DNA of 40,040 nucleotides from a virus (lineage: Duplodnaviria > Heunggongvirae > Uroviricota > Caudoviricetes), in the IMG/VR virus record IMGVR_UViG_2547132278_000009; one strand, given 5' to 3'. Below are positions 22,125-29,959 of the stretch, one piece after another. Below the pieces are notes generated by a model. It was not told the DNA's origin. It searched no databases and saw only the letters and a list, made by a program, of their open reading frames with translations. Every line of letters begins with the position of its first letter. Position 1 is the first letter of the stretch. The position numbers and the translations under genes are program-made.

Positions 22125-22822
22125 TACATACGCTCCTTGTAGTAGTCGACCAGCCACACCAGAGCCTCACCAGCGTTCTCCATTTCATTACCGGTGTTAA
22201 TAGCCTGCTCTTTGATGATGTTTTTTATGGTTTCTGCAACACGATCTGACGCATCGAAAGTTACTTTGAAGCGCATGGTCTGATGTTCCGCACCCACACG
22301 TTCGGTTTTCTCTCGTTTGTCGGTATCGACAGGCTCATCACTACCACGAGACAACGCCTCCAGTGCTTCAAGGTCGATTGCCGCCTCTTTTGCTAAAACC
22401 ATCGAGATTTCGTCGTCATACGGGGCGATTTCAGACAGTTGATAGTCAAGTTCTGACTGAATTTCTTCAATGAAGCGTTGCAATGCGATTTGGTCGTCTT
22501 CACCGTATCGCTCGTTGTCCACCAGTGACATCTGTTTAGCTACGACATCGCTAATTTTGCCCACAGAAAGCACCGGAACCGTTGAAATTCCTTGCTCAAT
22601 AGCAGCACGCCAGCGATGTTCGCCGCCGAGGATTTCAAAAAATCCATCTTCAAGTTCACGAGCCAAAATTGGCTTAAAAAAGCCCAATTTTTCGATAGAA
22701 CCTTTCAGTTTTTCAAAATTCTGCGCACCAACCGAATTGGTGTTCCAGGTATTCGGGCGAAGGTTGGCAACATCAACCTGCAAAATCGTGATTTTTACAT
22801 CCATTTTATTGCTACAATCCAC
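22124..22822 (-). CDS. ParB/Srx-like N-terminal domain protein (first of two)
   Basis: ILGGEHRWRAAIEQG matches the ParB arginine motif; first gene of the operon, divergent from the helicase. Confidence 0.7.
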   Translation of the reverse strand: MDCSNKMDVKITILQVDVANLRPNTWNTNSVGAQNFEKLKGSIEKLGFFKPILARELEDGFFEILGGEHRWRAAIEQGISTVPVLSVGKISDVVAKQMSLVDNERYGEDDQIALQRFIEEIQSELDYQLSEIAPYDDEISMVLAKEAAIDLEALEALSRGSDEPVDTDKREKTERVGAEHQTMRFKVTFDASDRVAETIKNIIKEQAINTGNEMENAGEALVWLVDYYKERM

Positions 22823-22840
22823 TAAGTAATCACTTACTTA
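22823..22840. promoter_or_regulatory. Inverted repeat TAAGTAA-TCAC-TTACTTA in the divergent promoter region between the ParB operon and the helicase
   Basis: Read directly; followed by TATTATAAT (-10-like); member of a recurring TAAGTA/TACTTA palindrome family. Confidence 0.4.
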
Positions 22841-22886
22841 TTATAATAGCCAAATAACATACAAAAGGCACTAAGGAAAGAGGTTT

Positions 22887-24446
22887 ATGACTGTTCGGAT
22901 TGTATCTAACGCAGTTAATGCGCTTATTTCTGGCGCAGATGACAAGGTAAAGCAACTGGTGCAACAGATGTTGAGCTACGAAGTCGAGACTGGCGACTGG
23001 AAGGGCACAAGCACGATGTTCAACTGGAGTAAAAACTCGTTCCCTGCTGGCTTTGCCAAGCCTGTAGCGGCGAACTTGAACAAGGCGGGCATCAAATGTG
23101 TTCATATCCGCAAAGACAAAGCCCCGGCGCTTGGAAAGCCAAATCCGGCGGTTAACCCATTCCCATACAATCCTGATTATGCATATCAGGATCAGGCTGT
23201 GGAAACACTAGTTCGCGAGGGAATGATGATTGCCCAGATCGCTACTGGTGGTGGGAAATCTAACGTTGCCTGCAAAGCAGCTGCACGTATCGGTCGAATG
23301 ACATTATTTTTAACAACCCGCTCTGTTCTGATGTTTCAGATGGCCGAAAACTTCCAGAGATCCATCGACTACCGCGCCAAAAATGGCGAACCGTGGTTAA
23401 AAGACCAAAAGGTTGGAGTCATTGGCTCGGGTGAGTTCCAGGTATCGCGACATATCAACGTCGCTACAGTTCAAACTCTTGCAAGTTTCCTCGAAGAACC
23501 ACCACGCGATGCAACACCAGATAAGAAAAGCTACCACCTCAAACGTCGGGAGTTGGTGAAACGCTTCCTTTCAAGTGTCTCTCTTCTTATTCTGGAAGAG
23601 GCGCATGAGTCTTCAGGCTCTAATTTCTATGACATTGCCAGATTATGTGCGAACGCAGACTATCGCCTGGCGCTTACGGCAACGCCGTTCATGAAGGATT
23701 CTACGGAAGCCAACATGCGCCTGATGGCGGTGGCCGGGCGAATTGAAATTAAAGTCACAGAAAAGTACCTGATTGATCGAGGCATTCTGGCAAAGCCGTA
23801 CTTCCTTTATCATAAAGTTGCCTACAAACCAGACGAGGCCAGAATCAAGGCAGAGCTTGCCAACAAACACCTCAATTTTAGAGTAGGTATGAGCACTGCC
23901 TACCAAAAGGCTTATCAGTTGGGGATCGTGTATAATTTGGGACGTAACGAGGCCATTGTGCGCGAGGCATTGCTTTATAAGCAACATTCACTCAACTGCA
24001 TGACTCTGGTTCGTCTTAAACGCCACGGGCAAATCCTGATGGAGATGATGAAGGAGTCAGGTCTTAAAGTTGATTTCATCTATGGGGAATCTAACCAGAC
24101 GACAAGGCAAGCAAAGCTGAATAGTTTAGCGTCTGGTGAAATAGATGTTTTAATAGGCTCGACTATTCTGGATGTTGGTGTTGATGTGCCAAGCGTTGGT
24201 GCGGTCATTCTTGCTGGTGGTGGGAAAGCAGAAGTTGAAATGAGACAGCGTGTCGGTCGTGGCTTACGAGCCAAAAAAAATCAGGCAAACGTGTGTTTTA
24301 TCACTGATTTCATTGACATTAGCAACAAATACCTGTTGTCTCACTCTTATGAGCGAAAACACATCATCGACACCACACCTGGCTTTGCAGAAGGTGTATT
24401 GCCTATTGATGGAGCATTCGATTTTGGAGTTCTGAAACGAGATTAG
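22887..24446 (+). CDS. Superfamily-2 DEAD/DEAH-type helicase
   Basis: 519 aa; motif I AQIATGGGKSNVA, motif II LILEEAHE, motif III LTATP, motif VI QRVGRGLR; AAGGA RBS upstream. Confidence 0.85.
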   Translation: MTVRIVSNAVNALISGADDKVKQLVQQMLSYEVETGDWKGTSTMFNWSKNSFPAGFAKPVAANLNKAGIKCVHIRKDKAPALGKPNPAVNPFPYNPDYAYQDQAVETLVREGMMIAQIATGGGKSNVACKAAARIGRMTLFLTTRSVLMFQMAENFQRSIDYRAKNGEPWLKDQKVGVIGSGEFQVSRHINVATVQTLASFLEEPPRDATPDKKSYHLKRRELVKRFLSSVSLLILEEAHESSGSNFYDIARLCANADYRLALTATPFMKDSTEANMRLMAVAGRIEIKVTEKYLIDRGILAKPYFLYHKVAYKPDEARIKAELANKHLNFRVGMSTAYQKAYQLGIVYNLGRNEAIVREALLYKQHSLNCMTLVRLKRHGQILMEMMKESGLKVDFIYGESNQTTRQAKLNSLASGEIDVLIGSTILDVGVDVPSVGAVILAGGGKAEVEMRQRVGRGLRAKKNQANVCFITDFIDISNKYLLSHSYERKHIIDTTPGFAEGVLPIDGAFDFGVLKRD

Positions 24447-24448
24447 TT

Positions 24449-24727
24449 ATGAGTGAAAAGAAAACAACTTACTGTCAGGTAGCATTGTCTGATAAGGCCA
24501 ATGACAAACTTGGAAAGTTTCAAGTGAAACTAAAAGAAAAAAATATCAAAATGTCTAAGGCTGAAGTCATAAATACCATTCTGGAACAATTGACAATGGC
24601 CGACTTTGACAAGGTTATATCTTCTGTCGGGGCTTCCGCTAAGACTCGTGAGAAAATCATGCGTATCTATGAGAACTCTAATATGACAAAGGAAGATCTC
24701 GAAACGCTATTAAGCAGATTAAAATAA
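24449..24727 (+). CDS. Hypothetical protein (92 aa)
   Basis: ORF starting 3 nt after the helicase stop; lysine-rich; no motif recognised. Confidence 0.45.
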   Translation: MSEKKTTYCQVALSDKANDKLGKFQVKLKEKNIKMSKAEVINTILEQLTMADFDKVISSVGASAKTREKIMRIYENSNMTKEDLETLLSRLK

Positions 24728-24795
24728 TCACGCTATCAATTAGGGAGACAAAGATGAAGTCTCCCATACTGTTCACTTTCTGTTCTAAAACTATC

Positions 24796-25218
24796 ATGAA
24801 ATACTCGCTTCTCCCTCTACTAACGTTACCAGTGTTGATGCTTACCGCGTGCCAATCACGCCCAATATCAATCCATGACGCCAAACCAGCACCGCAGGCC
24901 AAAGTGTTCAAGTATCAAAGCGCAGCGCCAGCTACGTTGGTGGTAATGAGAGACACAGGTTTTGTAGGAGCTGGATGTGATGCTTCCATTTTCATCAACG
25001 GCGAAACTGTCGCAAAACTGGCTACAGGCGAAAAAGCGACTTTCCATTTAAATGCCGGAGAATTAATTGTGGGTGCATCTCTTGAAGGTGCAGGTTTATG
25101 TGCTCTAAACCCCGCTCGTCAAGAGCGAGAAACGACTCTGAAGAATGGAGACACAAAAGCGTTCAGGGTGTTCACCAGCAATTCTGGTGACATCGACATT
25201 CTGCCAACAACTCTGTGA
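24796..25218 (+). CDS. Putative lipoprotein
   Basis: ORF 24754..25218; signal peptide MKYSLLPLLTLPVLMLTAC with lipobox L-T-A-C; preceded by GGGAGA RBS. Confidence 0.55.
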   Translation: MKYSLLPLLTLPVLMLTACQSRPISIHDAKPAPQAKVFKYQSAAPATLVVMRDTGFVGAGCDASIFINGETVAKLATGEKATFHLNAGELIVGASLEGAGLCALNPARQERETTLKNGDTKAFRVFTSNSGDIDILPTTL

Positions 25219-25747
25219 TGACATGACAACCAAAGATATTACCTACGGTATCCAAGCTGAACTCTGGCCGCGAGATTACACTAACGTTGAAAAACTACTG
25301 ATGTTCTGGCGCAGAGAACAAATTCCTGTAAGGGTCACTCTCGAAGATGGCCAGGCGTTTTGCATGTACGTTTATGGCCTCATGCCATCTCGTAACAAAG
25401 TTGACCTTTGCCCAGCCCCTTTTGACAAAGAAAATCGTATAAGGCTCCCACTTGAACGCATTAGTACAATTGAATCAGGTGTGGTTGACAGTATCGCTCA
25501 CGATTTCAAAGGTCGACTAACAGTTCACCCTGATTATGTCGATAATCGGCCATCACGCCGCGATTTTTTTGCAATTTGCAACCAAGCCTACAAAGCAAAC
25601 AAATCTATAAGGGTGTACATGGCGGATGGCCGTGAAATTGAGGGGGTGTCAGCAGGCGCAGATGCTTGTCAGGTTACACTACGTGTCGAGAACGGTAGAA
25701 AAATAGTTGTTTTGTTCGATTGGGTTGAACGAATTTTGCCTTTTTGA
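25214..25747 (+). CDS. Hypothetical protein with apparent internal duplication
   Basis: ORF 25145..25747; likely start MTTKDITYG overlapping the lipoprotein stop; two similar segments (IPVRVTLEDGQAFCMYVYG / IRVYMADGREIEGVSAG). Confidence 0.45.
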   Translation, partial: CDDMTTKDITYGIQAELWPRDYTNVEKLLMFWRREQIPVRVTLEDGQAFCMYVYGLMPSRNKVDLCPAPFDKENRIRLPLERISTIESGVVDSIAHDFKGRLTVHPDYVDNRPSRRDFFAICNQAYKANKSIRVYMADGREIEGVSAGADACQVTLRVENGRKIVVLFDWVERILPF

Positions 25748-25750
25748 GTT

Positions 25751-26059
25751 ATGAAATCGATATTGTTACCACCATTATTTTTACTTTGCTCAGTTGCGGC
25801 AAATGCAATGGACTATAAGCCTGTCATTCAGTCGCTGATGAATGACGTGTGCTCAACGTCTCAGAATGTATCAGTTTGCATGTATCAATTTTCGGCAGCC
25901 GTAAAAGCAGGAAAAGCGATAGGTGAGAATGTGGAACTGTGTAAGAAAGTGGCAAATGAAGAACGGGCAATGTTGGATTGCGAATCTAGCGAGTCATCGG
26001 CACAGTTCGTTGATGCGCTATTTGACACCAATCGTAAGGCTGTAGAGTCTGTTCAATAA
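25751..26059 (+). CDS. Small secreted/periplasmic protein with signal peptide
   Basis: MKSILLPPLFLLCSVAANA signal-like N-terminus; several cysteines; followed by terminator. Confidence 0.5.
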   Translation: MKSILLPPLFLLCSVAANAMDYKPVIQSLMNDVCSTSQNVSVCMYQFSAAVKAGKAIGENVELCKKVANEERAMLDCESSESSAQFVDALFDTNRKAVESVQ

Positions 26060-26071
26060 ATCTATAAGGTT

Positions 26072-26101
26072 AATAACCGGCTAAGTCCGGTTATTATTTT
26101 T
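26072..26101 (+). terminator. Rho-independent terminator
   Basis: AACCGG-CTAAGT-CCGGTT followed by ATTATTTTT. Confidence 0.65.
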
Positions 26102-26249
26102 CACATCACTTCTTTATATCTACAAATCAAATAACCTAAATATATATAAGGTCTAAAGCCGCAATCGATTATTTATTTAGGGAACACCTTCGACGATCTC
26201 GCTTTTATTTCTAGGACTTTCATCCCTGCAAAAAATTTAAAAAAAACAC

Positions 26250-26278
26250 TTGCAATCTTTTTTCGCGTATCGATAATT
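26250..26278 (+). promoter_or_regulatory. Sigma70-like promoter for the AT-rich three-gene operon
   Basis: TTGCAA (-35), 16-17 bp spacer, GATAAT/ATAATT (-10), about 60 nt upstream of the ATG at 26343. Confidence 0.5.
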
Positions 26279-26342
26279 GAACTCGTCGAAAGCGAAGACG
26301 CTAACGACAATAAATTTTAAATTTACATAAGGAAAAATTATC

Positions 26343-26993
26343 ATGGCTAACATTATCATTTCTAAAAAATCCATCATTGAAGCTGCATCTATTGTATCCG
26401 ATGAACTGCGCGAAAAAGCAGATCTGGCAACTCAAACATATAACGAACATTATAAAAATGGTACGCACACTAAAGCAGACAAAGCAAATATGCAAGCTGC
26501 GACCACTAAACTTGCTTACTTCATCAACAACGTCGTAAACGCAGTAGAAGACGAAAAATTATGCTCTGTTTTCTACTATGCGATTAAAGCAAGCAAACAA
26601 GCGCCAGAAGTATTTTTCCGTGATGCAATGACTAATAGTTATTCTCTGGAAAAACTGGTTTATCTGGTTAAATCAATTAAATCTGGTAAATGCGTTTATT
26701 CCATCGCTGATATGTCAGGATCTCGTGTATTCGCTTTAATCGATATGATTAACGACGAGATCGACACGTTCACCAATGGCGCTGTTTTCGATTTAATGAA
26801 TGAAGCTAAAAAAGCGTGTGAAATTAAATTGGACGCTGGCTATACTCAAGCCAACCAGTTGATCAATCTTTGCGAACGTCTTGGACTTGTTGAAAAAGTC
26901 AAAGGAGCTGGGAGCGCGAAAGCTGGTACTCAGCAATATCGCTTCATTAAAAATGATTTCTACAATTATTTAGCTGATGCTTTCAAAGCGTAA
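26343..26993 (+). CDS. Hypothetical protein (216 aa), first gene of AT-rich operon
   Basis: ORF with AT-rich codon usage unlike flanking phage genes; GGAAAAA RBS-like; no motif recognised. Confidence 0.6.
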   Translation: MANIIISKKSIIEAASIVSDELREKADLATQTYNEHYKNGTHTKADKANMQAATTKLAYFINNVVNAVEDEKLCSVFYYAIKASKQAPEVFFRDAMTNSYSLEKLVYLVKSIKSGKCVYSIADMSGSRVFALIDMINDEIDTFTNGAVFDLMNEAKKACEIKLDAGYTQANQLINLCERLGLVEKVKGAGSAKAGTQQYRFIKNDFYNYLADAFKA

Positions 26994-27005
26994 TTAATGG
27001 AATCA

Positions 27006-27024
27006 AGCGCCCACTATGGGCGCT
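27006..27024 (+). other. Intra-operon stem-loop AGCGCCCA-CTA-TGGGCGCT (copy 1)
   Basis: Exact copy of the hairpin also found at 27503-27521; here followed by an AGGAG RBS rather than a T-run. Confidence 0.55.
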
Positions 27025-27041
27025 TTAAAGGAGCTTTAAAA

Positions 27042-27245
27042 ATGGTCAGCTATGACAAGATCCGCGCGGAATATCGCGCAAAGTATCGCGCTTATAAACT
27101 GGAATTAATCGATGATTTAATCGCGCAACGCGACCAATTAAATTTTACGTTTTCTGATTTGCTTAACAGCAAGCGAGATTGCAAGCGCAAACGTGAATAC
27201 TTACGTTTAAGCGCATTAATCGGAAAACTTCAAAATTCTATTTAA
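27042..27245 (+). CDS. Hypothetical small basic protein (67 aa)
   Basis: ORF 26997..27245; start at 27042 preferred because of AAAGGAG RBS 8 nt upstream; rich in K/R. Confidence 0.5.
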   Translation: MVSYDKIRAEYRAKYRAYKLELIDDLIAQRDQLNFTFSDLLNSKRDCKRKREYLRLSALIGKLQNSI

Positions 27246-27266
27246 TTTTTTTTAAGGAGCTTAATC

Positions 27267-27497
27267 ATGTTTGTTCTTATCGCTGGCGTTAACGTCCATA
27301 ATGAATATTATGTTAATCGCATCGCTGGGATCGCTGGTTACGCTGGGCGCGCAGTCGAGCTTATAGATGAAACGACGCGCAAAATTGACTTATTGAGCGA
27401 CCAGGAGCGAAAAAAAGCAGACGTGAACGACGCTGATATATTTTTAATGCTAAAAGCGTTTGTAGAAATGGGATTTAAAATCAGTTTACACAAATAA
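27267..27497 (+). CDS. Hypothetical small protein (76 aa)
   Basis: ORF preceded by TAAGGAGC RBS, followed by two terminators. Confidence 0.5.
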   Translation: MFVLIAGVNVHNEYYVNRIAGIAGYAGRAVELIDETTRKIDLLSDQERKKADVNDADIFLMLKAFVEMGFKISLHK

Positions 27498-27502
27498 AAT
27501 CG

Positions 27503-27530
27503 AGCGCCCACTATGGGCGCTTTTTTCGTT
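27503..27530 (+). terminator. Rho-independent terminator (hairpin copy 2 plus T6)
   Basis: AGCGCCCA-CTA-TGGGCGCT followed by TTTTTTCG. Confidence 0.7.
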
Positions 27531-27547
27531 TCCAATACTCCCACCAT

Positions 27548-27577
27548 AACGCGCCAATGATGGCGCGTTTTTTATTG
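27548..27577 (+). terminator. Second tandem rho-independent terminator
   Basis: GCGCCA-ATGATG-GCGCG followed by TTTTTTATT. Confidence 0.6.
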
Positions 27578-27986
27578 TCTTTGATTCACTCCAACAACAT
27601 AAAAACAAGCGCCAAAATAACGCCATAGACGCACTTTTATATCCTTACCAGTACATACCCATTACTTAACACATTAACGCGCTTAAAACGCGTTATATTG
27701 CGCTATAGCGCATAATTAATCATTGGCTTTTAGTCTTGCTATGTGATCCGCGTTTAATTGTCGGCGCGGATCGGCATTTTGTTTTGTTCCGTATCCGCTC
27801 GCGTATTATGTGCGCGTGATTTTCACATAATCACACCACTTAATCACGTATGTGATTATGCTACGAAAGAAATCTGGATGTCTCAGGCGACGAAAGTCAT
27901 CATAATTTTCCCCGCTCACCTGTCCGACAACCGCTGGTTGGATTCCACCAGCTTCCCGATGTTTTTTCTACATAAAGGCGAATGCA

Positions 27987-28099
27987 GCCGTTTCCCGAAA
28001 AAATCCTGGCCGTTTCCCGTCGGCTCATGAATACGTTCCTCGCCGTTTCTGAAAATTTCCCTGCGGCAGCTGGTGTCTATAGAGAAAGGGCCGTTTCTG
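27987..28099. repeat. Iteron-like direct repeat array A (GCCGTTTCC/GCCGTTTCTG, 4 copies)
   Basis: GCCGTTTCCC at 27987 and 28009 (22 bp apart), GCCGTTTCTG at 28042 and 28090. Confidence 0.6.
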
Positions 28100-28112
28100 G
28101 CCCTCTTCTCAG

Positions 28113-28595
28113 TTACACGCCATCAAGGATGTGGATGCGGTTGCTTGCGTATACATTCAGCATAAAGTTAGCGCAAAACAGTTTCCATGTATCAACGCCA
28201 GCGGCATACGTAATGTTTTTGCATTTTATTGCATTGTTGGCGATCCGCATCCCCTGTGATACTGCTTCATCGTCGGAAAATTTGAACGACGATTGAGTTT
28301 TAATCCAGACAGAAATCTGCGTAGCGAACTCAATCAGCTTGGACTGGCAGAATCGCCCGGAGCGCACCGGAAAGACGAACGTTCCGAATCCAGAATTTAC
28401 CACATACGCTTTCTCAAATACCCGCGAGTAACGACGATTGCCAATGATGTCGCGTGCAATAATGCATTTTTCTTGTGCTGACAGTTCTACCGTCTCATTG
28501 TCGCGCCATGCACCAAGTACTCGTTTTTCAATGTCAGAGAACGTTACAGCGATATTGCCATGTGCGGGTGCGTTTACAGTAGCGATAAAATTCAT
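28113..28595 (-). CDS. Hypothetical protein (160 aa)
   Basis: ORF with GGAAT RBS-like and the palindromic operator 20-40 bp upstream; no motif recognised. Confidence 0.5.
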   Translation of the reverse strand: MNFIATVNAPAHGNIAVTFSDIEKRVLGAWRDNETVELSAQEKCIIARDIIGNRRYSRVFEKAYVVNSGFGTFVFPVRSGRFCQSKLIEFATQISVWIKTQSSFKFSDDEAVSQGMRIANNAIKCKNITYAAGVDTWKLFCANFMLNVYASNRIHILDGV

Positions 28596-28612
28596 GATTA
28601 ATTCCTTATCGT

Positions 28613-28632
28613 AAATAACAAATTGTTTTCTT
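28613..28632 (-). promoter_or_regulatory. Palindromic operator copy (AACAAATTGTT core) upstream of the 160-aa gene
   Basis: AATAACAAATTGTTTTCTTG read directly; flanking TTAATTAACACCAACAAG block is shared with the site at 31143. Confidence 0.45.
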
Positions 28633-28797
28633 GTTGGTGTTAATTATCGTTGTACGAATAAGGCGTCAAAGTGGAAAGTTGCGGTAGCCGGACGGGAACA
28701 GGTGGGTTTGTCGGTTGCCTGGAGGTAAGAGGTTGGTGTTATTAGCCTGAGGGAAACAGGATGGTCATTTAAGACCACCAATGCTGGTGGCCTTAAT

Positions 28798-28943
28798 AAT
28801 TATCGCACGATTACGCTAAGGATCTTTTCCTCAACTGATTTGTTGTTGCGACTAAACTGCCTTGCGTATCTGATGACAGAAGAGGCGTTTTGCTTTCTGA
28901 CCATCTCGGCTCTTTCCTTCAGGCGTTTCTTGAAATCGCCCAT
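28798..28943 (-). CDS. Possible small basic protein (48 aa), below the ORF-track cutoff
   Basis: Hand translation MGDFKKRLKERAEMVRKQNASSVIRYARQFSRNNKSVEEKILSVIVR; ATG 2 nt after the upstream stop with GGTGG upstream. Confidence 0.3.
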
Positions 28944-28945
28944 AT

Positions 28946-29320
28946 TTACCACCAGGCGCAGAAGGTCAGTCTGTTATTGTGAAAGTCGTGGTTCTTAATC
29001 AGGTCTTCCACAAGCTCTTTCAACTGCCCCACATCATGCCAGTAACCTTCATCGTACTCCTGACTGCCGAAGAAAAAACCTTCCCGGGTAGGCAAGTACT
29101 CTTCGCAATTACTTTCGTTTATGTGCATCAAATGAGCCTTCAGAAAACAAATGTCATTCATCGTTAATTCTAAAAGCTCACAATTTTCGACTTCACCTAC
29201 GTTGCGCTCCATCCACCCAACGAGCGCATTGAACTTACGGAAGTAAGCAACCTGCTTTCTGGATGCCTCGTTATTCAGATCGTTTTTAGGCTGTGTCTCG
29301 ATATAGATATCAAGTCCCAT
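28946..29320 (-). CDS. Hypothetical acidic protein (about 124 aa)
   Basis: ORF 28946..29362; probable start MGLDIYIETQ; operator copy and hairpin upstream. Confidence 0.5.
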   Translation of the reverse strand: MGLDIYIETQPKNDLNNEASRKQVAYFRKFNALVGWMERNVGEVENCELLELTMNDICFLKAHLMHINESNCEEYLPTREGFFFGSQEYDEGYWHDVGQLKELVEDLIKNHDFHNNRLTFCAWW

Positions 29321-29375
29321 GATGGTTTCCTTATTAACTTGCTTCAGTGAAATCATTTTCACAAATCAGATAAGG

Positions 29376-29395
29376 CAGAAAACAAATTGTTATCG
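29376..29395 (-). promoter_or_regulatory. Palindromic operator copy upstream of the acidic 124-aa gene
   Basis: CAGAAAACAAATTGTTATCG; adjacent hairpin GGCGCG-N6-GCGCC likely terminator of the upstream gene. Confidence 0.45.
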
Positions 29396-29437
29396 GGCTT
29401 AATAAAATGGCGCGGTTTACGCGCCATTTAAAGAGGA

Positions 29438-29833
29438 TTAAGCGAATACGCTTTCAGGGATTAAGGTGTCGGCAGGAATGCCAGAGGTAATGCGCAGGCC
29501 GTACTGACCAATCCAGGTAGTGTTGGTATTCAGGCTGGAGGCGAATACGGTGTTAACCATATTCATCATGGTTTCAAACACCTCTTCATCAACCTGGCGG
29601 AAGTAGTTCTCGATTTTCAGCAGCAGCGGGTCAGTTGCATCGAGAATGGACTGGTATTGAGTCGCGTACTCGCCGCCGGAGGCATCACCTTTACGCACGA
29701 TCGTACTGGCCTGGACTTCGGCACCAGTTTCGGTGTTGTACGTAACAACGGTGATTTTTGCCACATTCTTACCTTCGGCGGTTTCAGAGGCATAGTAAAC
29801 ATCAACTGTCAGTTTTTCGCGTTTAACGGTCAT
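29438..29833 (-). CDS. Hypothetical protein (131 aa)
   Basis: ORF with GGAGAGTG RBS-like sequence upstream; no motif recognised. Confidence 0.5.
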   Translation of the reverse strand: MTVKREKLTVDVYYASETAEGKNVAKITVVTYNTETGAEVQASTIVRKGDASGGEYATQYQSILDATDPLLLKIENYFRQVDEEVFETMMNMVNTVFASSLNTNTTWIGQYGLRITSGIPADTLIPESVFA

Positions 29834-29959
29834 TTCACTCTCCGTAGTGTATTGGTTATTTTTCTATTCTATGATCGTAAGTATGTACTTACAATACAAA
29901 AAAGCCCCGTAAGGATGGCGGGGCTGTCGTACTGTCGACTAATTGCCACTTGCACATTA

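Noticed and set aside
27758-28296. Plus-strand ORFs of 90 and 104 aa
   Set aside because: They overlap the palindrome and iteron region and have no convincing RBS; treated as noncoding regulatory DNA.
29376-29395. Resemblance of GATAACAATT to part of the lac operator
   Set aside because: Only a half-site-length match; the site belongs to the element's own AACAA-TTGTT palindrome family.
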